A DNA stretch of 50,785 bases from a virus. Its lineage: Duplodnaviria; Caudoviricetes. The translations under genes and the position numbers were made by a program. Position 1 is the stretch's first letter, and every line of letters begins with the position of its first letter. Of the stretch, positions 9,701 through 19,332 are shown in pieces. The notes beneath the pieces were generated by a model that saw only the letters and a program-made list of their open reading frames with translations, was not told the DNA's origin and ran no database searches. The DNA is taken from the IMG/VR virus record IMGVR_UViG_3300008005_000900, positions 1 through 50,785 of that record; one strand, written 5' to 3'.

Positions 9701-12700
9701 GCAACTATGACATTCCCTCCGTTCGACTCTATATAACCCCTTAAGTTTGCTAACGTGCCGCCCTGAGTTACCGTGTCATCCACAATAATATATTTGTCAC
9801 CCTTCTTAATGTCGCCCTCAAATGTTGGTTGAACAGCCAGTCTGCCAAAGCCGTCTTTATTAGATCTACTTACATATGACGACTGGACAACATCAAGATC
9901 AACATCAAGCCCTAAAGCCATGGAAATATAGTCGGCCATTGCTCTTGGTATTTTATTGTCTCCCTGAGATTCTTTAGCATGAACCGCTAAGGTAATTGCC
10001 TTTGAATCACCAACTAGCCTCTTGATCTCCATGAGTTTATCTTTACTGATTAGATCAGTGACAAGTCTTACTGCAGCTTTAATATCTCCCTTTTTTGCTG
10101 ATTGATAGTCAGGGTGGTTTTTTTCTGAAGATAACGTGTTGTGAATAATCACATCTGGGAAATTATTCCATGCGGCTCTTTCATTTGGCGTGATATTTTT
10201 ATTATAACTAATCCCGCTATCTTTTGCTGATTGCGCATTAAACCCATAATTTTCAGGTTTGTCACCACTGCGTAACCTATCCCCTATCTCAGCAACAACA
10301 GCTTGCATTTCAGTAAAGGTAATACCCTTTCTAACTAAGCCAACTTTTCTAAGCAACCGGGTTAAGGTTGAAACAATTTGATTCCAGTATTTGCCTAATG
10401 AACTAGGTTTAATCTGTGAAATTTTGCCTAAGAATTCTTCGGCTTGTACTAGTTCAGGTGCTTTGCCATAGTTGCGCTCAATGTCTGCCCATATCGCTTT
10501 AATCTTAGGGTTAATGCTAGTGCGAGTGCCGTTAATGGTATTGATTAACTTGGCTATTTCTTCCGGCTTAAATACGCCCAAACCTTTGTGAACCAAGAGT
10601 TCTTCGCGCAAGGTTTTTCTAACGTCTTCGATGTTCGAGTGATTCTGAGAGAAGATATAGAGTCGATTGGAATCTTTGTCGAATCCTCCCTTGATGGCCG
10701 TGTCGTCTCCTGGTTCGAGTTTGGCATTTTTGAAAACCTCACTTGGCTTTTTATCGGTGACTGTGATTTCCATATCATCATCTAGGCCAGTGTAATAATC
10801 AATAAAGTCTTTAGTGACTGTTTTAGCTTGTCCTAGTGGAACTGGATTGCCGGTTAAAGGTTTGTTGGATTTATTGAATAGAATGTTTTGACTAGGTTTA
10901 TCTATGACAATTATCTTTGTGTTAACCCCGGTTGGGTTGATCGCGTCTCTAAAGGAACCTTCAGGCAAGTCCTGCTGCTCTGCGCCTAATTCGTCTAACC
11001 ATTCTTTGAATGCTACATTTCTTTTGTTTGATCGCTCCCCTGCCATTGACGAAGTAACCGCTACTAATCTGCCGCCGGGCTTTAAGAATTTATATGCATG
11101 TTCGATATGCGTTATTTCTTGGTCATTAGAAAAAGGCGGATTCATTATAATTCGATCATAATCTCCCGTTGGCGTTTGCTCTAAAAAGTCACCGCCTGTA
11201 ACTTTATATCCCTTGTCCTTTAAAAACTCCTGCAAACCATAAGCAATTTCAAAAGTCTGTATGTTATCTTTGCCTACAATATCAGCCGCCCCATCTGCCA
11301 AGTGTCCAGCCCCAGCGCTAGGCTCTAGCACTTTCATGCCTGGCTTGATGTCGGCGTAGTTAACCACTTCTTCAACTACTGACTTTGTGGAGTTAAAGAA
11401 ATCATTTTCTTTGTACTTACCTTGTAGTGACGAGTATTTAAGTTTCTCGGTTGTTGCGTTTTCCACTTTTACCGGCTTAGTATTCGTGGTGATTGCATTA
11501 TATTCTAGCAATGCGGCACGCAACATAGGCAAGGTTGTTATGCCCATGCGCTTTAATCTGAAAAAGTCTTTAACAATGTCGTCAAAATACGTATTCGTTT
11601 CATTTTCGCGCACAAATTGCATGAACTTACTGCCATGCTTGTGACCGGCCACGTTAAACTTGTCGTTTTCAGCTAACTTGCCAGCATCAGAAAGTAATTT
11701 AGTAGCAGCAAGTTTGTAACCTGGGGTGTTTGCCATTTCTTTGGCGATACGCTTAACGTTTTCTGCTCGCATAGTGGTAAGCGGGTATTGAGCAAATCTA
11801 ACTTTTTGCTCTGGTTTAACGCCTTTCCTCCACTTCATACCTCTTGCATTTCCGCTTACAATTTCTTGCTCTAACAGTTCTTCTCTTGCATCACCTTTAA
11901 CATCATAACGTAATCGATTCCATAAACTAGCAATTAGGTCGCGCTCTGTGCCGGTTGATAATTTAGCAAGGTATTTTGCTTCACCGCTTTTTATGGCTTC
12001 TGAAATGGCTCGTAATTCTGCGGCTTTATCCAGTTCGCTTTCAGCATTAGAAATAACACCAGCGGCCATACTTGAACGTCTAGCCGTGTTTGTTTTGCGG
12101 TCTTGGTTAATAACGCCTGTTGCACGTTCTTCTATGCGATCAGTTAATGCTTCAAGTGAATCTGTTTTGTCTTTGTCTTCCTTCACCTTATCAACGGCTT
12201 TGCCATCAAGGACGGTTAAAAAGTTTTTTCGATCATCTTCAGACTTAAACTGAAAGCCCGGTATCGCGCCATCTTTGTTGTAAGCAGAATAATAACCGCC
12301 AAGGCTTTTTGCTTTTGAGTTAAGTTCCGAATAAAGATCCTTTTCTACTCGCCCATCAAGAGAGACAACGAATAGAGGCGTGTTTTTCTTGCTGTGCGCC
12401 GTTTCATGAGTGGTATAACTCACATCATCCTGAATAGCCTGAACTGTTTTAATTGCTTCTTTTGCTTGCTGCTCTAACTTCTCGTCAGCATGCAATCGGT
12501 CATACTTGGCCCATTGCTCAGGAGTGAAGTCTTTTGATGCCCCCAACCTTACGGCATTTCTAAAGTCTTCCAATGTTTTAGGGTCATAAGCACCATCTAA
12601 CTTTGATTGATAATCATTAATCCGCTTTTGTTGCTCTGCTTTAACTGCTTGAATATTTTTTTGTAATTGTTCAGTAGTTAATTTTTCTAGTTTTTCCTGA

Positions 12701-15700
12701 ATTCCATCAAATCTTCCATCACGGCCAATGCCGCTGGTGATCATCATCCCTGTATCTGTAGTTACAAAGCCAAACCGGGTGATAATATCCTCAGCCGCAC
12801 GTCTGGCTATTTGTGCTTTTTTCATCCCGCTATCAGTGTAGCCTCGATAATATTTTAAGATCTTATCTTTGGTTAAGGTATTTAATTCTGCTTCAATCGC
12901 TTCAACACTGTTACGCATAACCTTAAAGGCTTCTAGCACATCATTAGCGGTTAGGGTTTCGTCAGCATTGTCAATTCGATCCATGAAGGCATTGTAACTT
13001 TCTAATGTCGGCTCTAAATTAACTTTACCTTTCGGCTCATCAACAACCTTATCAACCGTTTCTGTGGTTTGTTTCTTATTAGGCACATTAAATAAGGCAA
13101 TTGATTCTTGCCCTTCTGGCTCAATTGCGTAAAACCCATCAAAGCCTTTGCTTTTGATGGTCTTGACTACATCTTCATCTTGTAGCGCTCTAAAGTCGCC
13201 ATTGGCAGCACTGCGATAAATTATGCTTTTCTTTTCCCTTAAAATATTCGCGTGATCGGGGTTTTTGTAATCAAATAGGTTTAACTCTGATTCTTTAACG
13301 TCAACTTCTATGACTTCGCCACCCTCTTTACCTCCATAATGCGGATCGCTGGCATACTCCTTTTCTGGGGTAATCCAAAGTAATCCCTTTTCATTAAGAA
13401 CCATGCCACTGTTTTTTGGCTGACCTCTATACAAAGGTCTATCAGATTTTTCTGTGGGTAAGTTTTCAGGCTCACCAAATAACGAGTCTTGATTTTCATC
13501 AACTACGGTTTCAACTTGGTCGGCTTCTTTTACTTTCGGCTTAACTGCATCTTGCAATACTTCCCGCTTAACTCTATCAGACAGCGTTTCACTACTTCCC
13601 TCGCTTTCCAATTCTTGATTAACTTCTTTTATTGCTCGGTAATTCCCTAGCTCTGTTCCGTCTGAAAGTGACTCAATAGAACTAACTAAACTTTTTTTGT
13701 ATGCCGTTAGTCCTTCTTCGTCTTTTTCATCAAATAGTTTGCGAATTTCATCATTAAGTTTTTTTGCATCTTCTTCAGATAATTCTTGTGTTTGCTTGAT
13801 CGTTGCTTGATCGTTGCTTGATTGCTCAGGCATTGCCTGTGCGCCTATCTCGTTTCTGATCTGGGCGACTAATTTAGGATTGGTGTGAAAGCTATCCCAC
13901 TCTCTCGCTTGTGCGGTAAGTTGCTCAATACGCTTATTAAGACTGTTGGGGTCTTTAATATCAACCCCTTCAGCTTTGGCAAGCTTAGGGTTTTTGGCTG
14001 CGCCTTTGATTGCGCTTAGCCTTTCGCGTAACTCACGTTGTTTGCGTGAAGCGATTTTGACCATTTTATCAGCTTCAATGCTGGCAGAGGTATCTTGGCC
14101 AAACATATCCATTGTTTCGCTGCCACCTTGATCGCCTTCCATGCTTTTAACGGCACGAATAAAGTTCTCGGTGTAGCCGATGCCCTTGCCTTCTTGGAGT
14201 TTTTGAAGCCCTAACGTTTGGTATTTATCTTGATTAGGCGCTACGTTCGCTAGTCTTTCGGCTGCTTCGTCACTGATGATACCGGCACTATGGGAGGCAA
14301 TGACGTCCTCGCTGCCTCTAGTTGCGATGGTGTAAGCCCTTCTGCCAAGCGCTTGGCGTAAAAGTCCTTCTGACTTAGCCTTTTCTTCGGTGAGTTGCTT
14401 GTTTGCTTGGAAGTAGTTGACATAATCTTTTACCTGCCCCTGGTTGTCTCGAATATTTAAAATAGCATCAAGCTGTGCTGCATTATCAATGGTAAACCCA
14501 TCTTCTTCATAATGGAATTGAGCTGGTATGGTTTTCTCGCCACTTCTACGGGCCAAATCTAACCTATGCCGACCTGTGACTACTTCTTTGCGGCCATCTT
14601 CTCTAACCCATACCTGAATTGGTGCAACGCCGGTACGATCAAATTTGCCACCAAGAGGCGTAACAACACCGTCAGCATTGGCACCGTCTTTAAATTGTGG
14701 CACATCATCGGATAAGGTTAATTCACTTAATGGCGCTTCCTGAATGGGCAGGCCTTCAAATTTGTTTTGAACTACTGCATTGTCATTAGTGTTTCGTCCA
14801 TCTGGAACAGGTAAATCCGCTCCATTGCTTCGGCTAAGTTGTCCGTTAGTATCACGTAACCATGATTGTCCTGCTTCCCGTTGGCTATCTGGTAATGTAT
14901 TTCCAAAGCTTCGTACTTGTTGATCACCTGATTGTTCAATGCTTCTTGTATCCACTCTATTTGATTGCTCATTATCCGCCGCCTTGGTTATGCGCCAGCC
15001 AAAGCCATTACCAAACGGAACGGCTTCAATTTCATTGCCTGCCCGTTTGGCTGCCCGGGCATTTTTGCTGATTAATGCTTCTTTGGGTGATAGAAAAACA
15101 TTGCCGTTAGCTTTAACGTTTACGCCTGAGTCATTGCCAGCAAAGATAATATCTTTTTGCGTTATCTGCTTGTTGGGCGACCGTAAAGGCTGAACAGCTT
15201 CACTTTCAAATGTGTTGTTAGGTTTTTGATTAGTATTAGGTACGCGCTCATTTCTAAGCAATTGCCCTTCATATTCAAATGCTTTAGGTAAAAACCGGTC
15301 TTGAGTGGTAGGCGATTTATTCTGAGTAGCCTTGTTGACCATATCTTGAACAGTTTGGCTTCTGTTCTCGCGCATGCGGTCAAGCGCTACTTGAATTGGG
15401 CTATCAAGCATTTCACCAAAGCGCGTTACATCGGCTGGCGTTTGCGCTCCTGCCTTCCTTGCTGCCGTTGGAATGTCATAATTAACCGCTTGGTTAATGG
15501 CGTCTGATCTTGCGCTTGATGATTTATCGAATTGATCTAATACATCACCTAAAATTGGGTTGGATGCTTTAACGGCTTCGGTTGCGGCATCTTTAGCCGC
15601 ATTCTTTTTATCTATTTCGTTTTGCACTTCGGGAGGAATGACAACACCGGCGTCTTCTGCGCTTGGTACCGTATCTTTGTTGTTTTGTGATTGCCGATTA

Positions 15701-16656
15701 ACAAACCCACCTAAACCACCGGCCACGCCACCAAATGCGCCACCCATAACGCCTTCATTAGCCGCAGCAGATGCCACGCCTTGCATTAAATCACGGTTAT
15801 CAATAGGTTGTATTGCCTCGTTGATTCCGTATTGCTGTACGCCTGCCTGAGTTGCTTCAGTTGCGCCCTCAGTAGCAAAGCCTTTGAATGCTGAGCGAAT
15901 GGCACCAGATTTTGCTATACGCGCACCGACTAATGCACGGCCAATAATCGGATCGCCAATAGCAGACGCGCCAAAGTTAGCCAATAACACTTTTGGATCG
16001 CTTTTGACTTCGCTGGCCACTTGGTCGGCTAGTGCTTCAGTGGCAAGATCCCACTTTTCTTGTGGTGTTGCATCTGGGTTGTTTGCGTGTATGCCTTTGA
16101 TTAGCTCCTGAAAGATAGGCGACTCGGCTTTAAGTTTGTTCGGCATGTTGCGAATTTCATCCCGCGCCTGCTCCATGCCTTGACCGGTTGCCGCTGACCC
16201 GCCCGTCACGCCCATGCCTACGCCTGTGGCAATTTTAGAACCAACAGAGCCAAGCTTAGCCGCTTTAGTCACTAAGCCAGCCGCACCAGCGCCAGGTACA
16301 GCAGTCGGAAAAAACTGCCCGGCAACATTGGCAAAGCCAAGTAACCAGGTATCTAAATCAGTTGCGCCCTCGCCCAACTTAAAATTACCTTCCTCATCTT
16401 CAGTAAAAATCTGCTTACTCATGGACTCACGGCCAGCGTCAGACATTTGCTGATTCTGATCGTCTGCCCATCCATAAAACTGATTTGCTAATCCTTTTGC
16501 ACCAGCAAAATCAAATATGCCACCTACAGCAGATAAAGCACCAGCCTGAAAAGCGTCTAACATATCCCCAAATGTGCCTTGGGTGTTTTGTTGGCTTGCT
16601 ACAGGCTGAGCCATTGGACGATAAGGCTTAGCAAAGTAATTAGGAATTTGATTCAT
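6775..16656 (-). CDS. giant polyvalent internal virion/ejection protein (DarB-like role): ParB-like, ART-like, N6-adenine MTase, metallopeptidase-like, PRTase, LPD38-like C-terminus
   Basis: PIQVW...VVTGRHRL (ParB/Srx); LYRG..LWITP..YA..GFDG (ART-like); VLEPSAGAG + IMNPPF (MTase); LREELLVHKGL; IIVDDTVTQGGTL (PRPP loop); YKELPEWDKD..IRIPKPFELG. Confidence 0.8.
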   Translation of the reverse strand: MNQIPNYFAKPYRPMAQPVASQQNTQGTFGDMLDAFQAGALSAVGGIFDFAGAKGLANQFYGWADDQNQQMSDAGRESMSKQIFTEDEEGNFKLGEGATDLDTWLLGFANVAGQFFPTAVPGAGAAGLVTKAAKLGSVGSKIATGVGMGVTGGSAATGQGMEQARDEIRNMPNKLKAESPIFQELIKGIHANNPDATPQEKWDLATEALADQVASEVKSDPKVLLANFGASAIGDPIIGRALVGARIAKSGAIRSAFKGFATEGATEATQAGVQQYGINEAIQPIDNRDLMQGVASAAANEGVMGGAFGGVAGGLGGFVNRQSQNNKDTVPSAEDAGVVIPPEVQNEIDKKNAAKDAATEAVKASNPILGDVLDQFDKSSSARSDAINQAVNYDIPTAARKAGAQTPADVTRFGEMLDSPIQVALDRMRENRSQTVQDMVNKATQNKSPTTQDRFLPKAFEYEGQLLRNERVPNTNQKPNNTFESEAVQPLRSPNKQITQKDIIFAGNDSGVNVKANGNVFLSPKEALISKNARAAKRAGNEIEAVPFGNGFGWRITKAADNEQSNRVDTRSIEQSGDQQVRSFGNTLPDSQREAGQSWLRDTNGQLSRSNGADLPVPDGRNTNDNAVVQNKFEGLPIQEAPLSELTLSDDVPQFKDGANADGVVTPLGGKFDRTGVAPIQVWVREDGRKEVVTGRHRLDLARRSGEKTIPAQFHYEEDGFTIDNAAQLDAILNIRDNQGQVKDYVNYFQANKQLTEEKAKSEGLLRQALGRRAYTIATRGSEDVIASHSAGIISDEAAERLANVAPNQDKYQTLGLQKLQEGKGIGYTENFIRAVKSMEGDQGGSETMDMFGQDTSASIEADKMVKIASRKQRELRERLSAIKGAAKNPKLAKAEGVDIKDPNSLNKRIEQLTAQAREWDSFHTNPKLVAQIRNEIGAQAMPEQSSNDQATIKQTQELSEEDAKKLNDEIRKLFDEKDEEGLTAYKKSLVSSIESLSDGTELGNYRAIKEVNQELESEGSSETLSDRVKREVLQDAVKPKVKEADQVETVVDENQDSLFGEPENLPTEKSDRPLYRGQPKNSGMVLNEKGLLWITPEKEYASDPHYGGKEGGEVIEVDVKESELNLFDYKNPDHANILREKKSIIYRSAANGDFRALQDEDVVKTIKSKGFDGFYAIEPEGQESIALFNVPNKKQTTETVDKVVDEPKGKVNLEPTLESYNAFMDRIDNADETLTANDVLEAFKVMRNSVEAIEAELNTLTKDKILKYYRGYTDSGMKKAQIARRAAEDIITRFGFVTTDTGMMITSGIGRDGRFDGIQEKLEKLTTEQLQKNIQAVKAEQQKRINDYQSKLDGAYDPKTLEDFRNAVRLGASKDFTPEQWAKYDRLHADEKLEQQAKEAIKTVQAIQDDVSYTTHETAHSKKNTPLFVVSLDGRVEKDLYSELNSKAKSLGGYYSAYNKDGAIPGFQFKSEDDRKNFLTVLDGKAVDKVKEDKDKTDSLEALTDRIEERATGVINQDRKTNTARRSSMAAGVISNAESELDKAAELRAISEAIKSGEAKYLAKLSTGTERDLIASLWNRLRYDVKGDAREELLEQEIVSGNARGMKWRKGVKPEQKVRFAQYPLTTMRAENVKRIAKEMANTPGYKLAATKLLSDAGKLAENDKFNVAGHKHGSKFMQFVRENETNTYFDDIVKDFFRLKRMGITTLPMLRAALLEYNAITTNTKPVKVENATTEKLKYSSLQGKYKENDFFNSTKSVVEEVVNYADIKPGMKVLEPSAGAGHLADGAADIVGKDNIQTFEIAYGLQEFLKDKGYKVTGGDFLEQTPTGDYDRIIMNPPFSNDQEITHIEHAYKFLKPGGRLVAVTSSMAGERSNKRNVAFKEWLDELGAEQQDLPEGSFRDAINPTGVNTKIIVIDKPSQNILFNKSNKPLTGNPVPLGQAKTVTKDFIDYYTGLDDDMEITVTDKKPSEVFKNAKLEPGDDTAIKGGFDKDSNRLYIFSQNHSNIEDVRKTLREELLVHKGLGVFKPEEIAKLINTINGTRTSINPKIKAIWADIERNYGKAPELVQAEEFLGKISQIKPSSLGKYWNQIVSTLTRLLRKVGLVRKGITFTEMQAVVAEIGDRLRSGDKPENYGFNAQSAKDSGISYNKNITPNERAAWNNFPDVIIHNTLSSEKNHPDYQSAKKGDIKAAVRLVTDLISKDKLMEIKRLVGDSKAITLAVHAKESQGDNKIPRAMADYISMALGLDVDLDVVQSSYVSRSNKDGFGRLAVQPTFEGDIKKGDKYIIVDDTVTQGGTLANLRGYIESNGGNVIVATTLTGKQYSAKLALSSDTLSKLRDQYSGTNLETWWREIFGYGFEKLTESEARYLTRVKDVNAIRDRVTEARQLSSAQGGDSDTQSNGRYKDLRFNRSTPDTRTAEEKIGQGAALASDTITQKGKKVVNALKSSAFWNRAAEGMFDGLHGIKQAEQSAGITDPTKMGYTSARLATGLGDMLHAVFHKGALEWKDGVTSIKKDTKGLLEVIGMLPEGDGLNNWLAWMAAGRAEMLSKQGRENNLTKEDIATLKSKAKGNEALFEEVRKEYNKINSATLNLAQEAGLLSPEQRAAFDEEWYVPFFREQSIDNPELTDVIKQITAPHTTKTGIVGQSAQIKELIGGKGSTKDLLKNIIQRQVSMIDAAVKNNAAREIANNLAGTEYMTRDDDAGINEAIDKIGVSRGDLAKNFQKVRVMENGKPVYYYVSDPALLRGLLQVHDVGSKALFNKMARSAKRFLTTGVTLSPDFIIRNFIRDAAHAWMVNKDGAKLGTDTWKGLKASWEGDDSYWNLIASGAAFQGGYIHGADPEAAQQQIRRALKMKGLDQEEINGYMKTVVSTKEGLLKAFEKYRNASDKIENANRVATYEAALKAGKSNKQALFESKDLMDYSMKGNFASLGTFIDMLPFFNARLQGMYKLGRAAAADGDDRLLKVLSKDLAFKGMKVAAFSAGLAALNGDDERYKELPEWDKDAHWHFFLGEGNDGHIRIPKPFELGIIFGTLPERLYNFSAGNQTGKDLGDSVIYSMVNTLSLNPIPQLAMPTLEIIMNRSFFTGSAIEGMADENREKADRYNMNTSDTARIIGQFSDAVGLSPKQVQHLITGYTGTMGGYVLSMSDFMARAMTGRIKADTAVADWPIIKTLYQGGREPRNTVYQDRFYDSLKKAQEAYGSYKAAIEENDPERARELFERRAEELNDRLALNRMQRKISEISKRMRAVDNNQTLTSKEKQKRLEDLTMFKNQLYEQAYTQLNLADW

Positions 16657-16700
16657 TTTCGATTAGTGACCTTGAATTTTGCTGTGATGATTGTTGGCAA

Positions 16701-17426
16701 TTAAAACTGACGAGGGATAAAGCCTGTGTTCATTTCTTTCGTTCTGCCCTTTGGCAATGCGGTCTGGCTGCCCCATTTTTTAAGTAAGTTAGACAATGTT
16801 AAGTCTTGCGGATCTACTTGGCTTACGGGTGCCGAAGCATTTGCTTGAGGTTTCGCGCTGGTAATAGCGCCAATTAAACCACCTATTTCGTCAGGATCTT
16901 TAACTTGAATGCTTTGTGATGCCGGTTCTTCGGCGGGTTTAACTGGTACCGTTAATAGGTATTCAAAACCAGTGCCTTTTAAATTGGACCCATACGAATT
17001 AATCATATTGTGTAGGCGTTCACTGTAATACATCTGATTGGCTTCAAGTTCTGCCTGCAATTGCGCTTCGAGTTCAGGGCTTCCACCCAGCTCCATGCGT
17101 TTTTCAAAGGCCTTCCTGATTGACTGCTCTGCTTTGTTTTGCTGCTCCATTACGCCGTTAATGTTCGCTTCAATAACCTGCTTTTCGCGTGACGTTTGTT
17201 GGCGATCAAATTGATTAGCCGATGTGTTGGCTTGCTCATTTCTGAATGAAACATCTTCTGTGCGCTGCTTTTCGCGGGTGTCTTGCTCTGCCTTCCATCT
17301 GCGCTCTATGCTTTCGTCACGCATTTGCTGCAATTTTGCTGCTCTATCATCAGCCAAGCCTTGCTGAACTATGCCAGCGCCTTGAGATAATCCGCGACCT
17401 ATGCCTTTCATCAATCCCCAGTTCAT
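16701..17426 (-). CDS. putative ejection/internal virion protein
   Basis: N-terminal GLMKGIGRGLSQG Gly-rich helix plus coiled coil; located in the ejection cluster. Confidence 0.6.
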   Translation of the reverse strand: MNWGLMKGIGRGLSQGAGIVQQGLADDRAAKLQQMRDESIERRWKAEQDTREKQRTEDVSFRNEQANTSANQFDRQQTSREKQVIEANINGVMEQQNKAEQSIRKAFEKRMELGGSPELEAQLQAELEANQMYYSERLHNMINSYGSNLKGTGFEYLLTVPVKPAEEPASQSIQVKDPDEIGGLIGAITSAKPQANASAPVSQVDPQDLTLSNLLKKWGSQTALPKGRTKEMNTGFIPRQF

Positions 17427-17436
17427 GATCTACCCC

Positions 17437-18042
17437 TTAAACCTGACCAAGTAGGCCGGATGGCTTTTGTTGTGGCTTTGGCTGATTAGCCTGTTGATTG
17501 CGAACACTAATACCCATTGACTTTTCTGCTTCAGAAACGCTCGCTTCAAGTTCTTGTTGATTCAGCTCACCCATTGATTCTTTCATTGACAGGTAATTTG
17601 AATATGCTTGGCTTACCGCAGAATCGATCCACTCGTCGCTTACTTCATCCTCTGATAAAGCACCGGCTTCAACCGCTAAACCTGCAAGTTCGGCTAGCAC
17701 TTCTTGAGCAAGCGCCAATTTAATGTCATCGGGCAAGCCGCCTGTCTTTTTCTCAACACCGATAATCACCGTTGCAACAGCTTGACCAATACCCTCGGTT
17801 ACGTCCTGAGCATTAAGTACAATCTGTGCAATTTTGTCGCCTGATTGCCCCTGTCCGTGAACCATTTGCATGGCCAAATCATAAGCCTGCTCTAATGCCG
17901 CCTGTTCTTCAGGTGTAGCCTGGATCTCACCTTCCTGTAGTTGCTCGTTTTCCGTTTCTGAATATTCCATGCTTGGGTCGGCCATTTCTTGCATTTGCTG
18001 CTCTTGCGGCTCTATTTCATTTTTCATGCGCTGATTAACCAC
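17437..18042 (-). CDS. acidic helical phage protein of the ejection cluster
   Basis: 201-aa ORF overlapping upstream gene; C-terminal GLL motif shared with neighbours. Confidence 0.6.
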   Translation of the reverse strand: MVNQRMKNEIEPQEQQMQEMADPSMEYSETENEQLQEGEIQATPEEQAALEQAYDLAMQMVHGQGQSGDKIAQIVLNAQDVTEGIGQAVATVIIGVEKKTGGLPDDIKLALAQEVLAELAGLAVEAGALSEDEVSDEWIDSAVSQAYSNYLSMKESMGELNQQELEASVSEAEKSMGISVRNQQANQPKPQQKPSGLLGQV

Positions 18043-18883
18043 CGTAACCCCCTACCACATTTTTTTGTTTTTGAATCAAATCATCAAGGGTCGTCTTCCA
18101 GTTTGAATTGGATTGACCTTGTTGGGTGTTGGGTGCGGCATAACTCAGTAAGCCGCCGTTAGGCAAGGCAGAATTATTGCCCTCGCCATCCATGCCCCAA
18201 TATGTGCGGCGTTTACGTGATTCTTCTAGTGCATCTTCCTCAGCCTGCCCTTGCAGCATTTGCCCGGCCATATTAACGCCAGACGTGATAACAGCGGATT
18301 TTCCAGCCTCGCCAAGCCCATTCCATACGTTAGACAATAAGCCAGATGATGTGCCGCCTGTGGTTGCTGCCCCGGCCGATGTTACGGCGCTTGCCGTTGG
18401 TTGTCCCGCGCTCCACGCACTCATTGCCTCTGGTGAGTAACCTGCCGCAGTGCTGCCGACTCCTACCGTATTAACAGCGGGTGCCGCTGCCCCTGCAATG
18501 GCCGGTGCCGCATTCCCAGCTATCGCCGCATTTGTTAACGCCTGACCGCTAGCAAATGTGCCAGTAGCGCCCGCCGCCGCGCCGCCAGTAAAACCAGAGC
18601 TAAGTGCAGAGAACGCCCCGCTAACATTGCCTGAAGCAATTGCCGATCCTGCGCCTTGAAGTCCTCCCCATGCGGAGCCGAGTCCGGCTGATGCCGTCCC
18701 GCCTCCTGCCATAGACATTAGCGCCGCGCCGCCAAAGTAAATAGCTGCGCCAATAGCGATCACCTTAAACGCCTTGGACTTGACCACTTTCTTAACAACT
18801 TTCACCACGTTTTTAGCAATGCTTCTCACCGGTTTAGTGACCGCTTTAAACACCTTTTTTGCCGCTTTTACAATTCCACTCAT
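18035..18883 (-). CDS. putative DNA ejection (pilot) protein
   Basis: basic amphipathic N-terminus (KAAKKVFKAV...), hydrophobic segment, Gly/Ala-rich body. Confidence 0.65.
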   Translation of the reverse strand: MSGIVKAAKKVFKAVTKPVRSIAKNVVKVVKKVVKSKAFKVIAIGAAIYFGGAALMSMAGGGTASAGLGSAWGGLQGAGSAIASGNVSGAFSALSSGFTGGAAAGATGTFASGQALTNAAIAGNAAPAIAGAAAPAVNTVGVGSTAAGYSPEAMSAWSAGQPTASAVTSAGAATTGGTSSGLLSNVWNGLGEAGKSAVITSGVNMAGQMLQGQAEEDALEESRKRRTYWGMDGEGNNSALPNGGLLSYAAPNTQQGQSNSNWKTTLDDLIQKQKNVVGGYGG

Positions 18884-19332
18884 TTTAATACCTGCTTAAT
18901 TGTGGCATGAATGCCGCCAACTCGTGGCAGTCCATGCATTTCGTACATCTTCCCGGTTCTCCCGTCTACGTCCATACCCGTCGATAACCCCATCATCATT
19001 GGAATATTGAATGCTTTGCACCAGCGGATAAATCGGCGCAATAACCACACGCCTTGCTCAGCGTGATCGGGCAATACACAAAAGGCAAAATCCGTCCCAT
19101 AACTGGAATTGGAAAACCAATGCTCGTCTTTAATGGCCAATAAAAAACCGACCACTTGGTCGGCTTTCTGTGCCACGAAAAATTCCATGTTCTTGTCGCT
19201 TATCGCTCGCCTAAACGCTTTTGATGCTTTGGCTGTGTCAACCTCGCAATCATGTGTTAATGACGAGCTAATCACGGCCTTGCCAATTTCAATGCATGCA
19301 TTTATATCGCCGTGGCCGCCGATCCTAATCAT
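18880..19332 (-). CDS. GNAT-fold acetyltransferase-like virion assembly protein
   Basis: FFVAQKADQVVGFL, FCVLPDH..QGVWLL, KMYEMHGL pattern; usual position beside podovirus ejection genes. Confidence 0.7.
   Translation of the reverse strand: MIRIGGHGDINACIEIGKAVISSSLTHDCEVDTAKASKAFRRAISDKNMEFFVAQKADQVVGFLLAIKDEHWFSNSSYGTDFAFCVLPDHAEQGVWLLRRFIRWCKAFNIPMMMGLSTGMDVDGRTGKMYEMHGLPRVGGIHATIKQVLK

Noticed and set aside
1312-16453. Numerous plus-strand and alternate-frame ORFs inside the two giant genes (likewise across the late operon)
   Set aside because: They are antisense or shadow frames of long genes with clear motifs, and lack RBSs or recognisable features.
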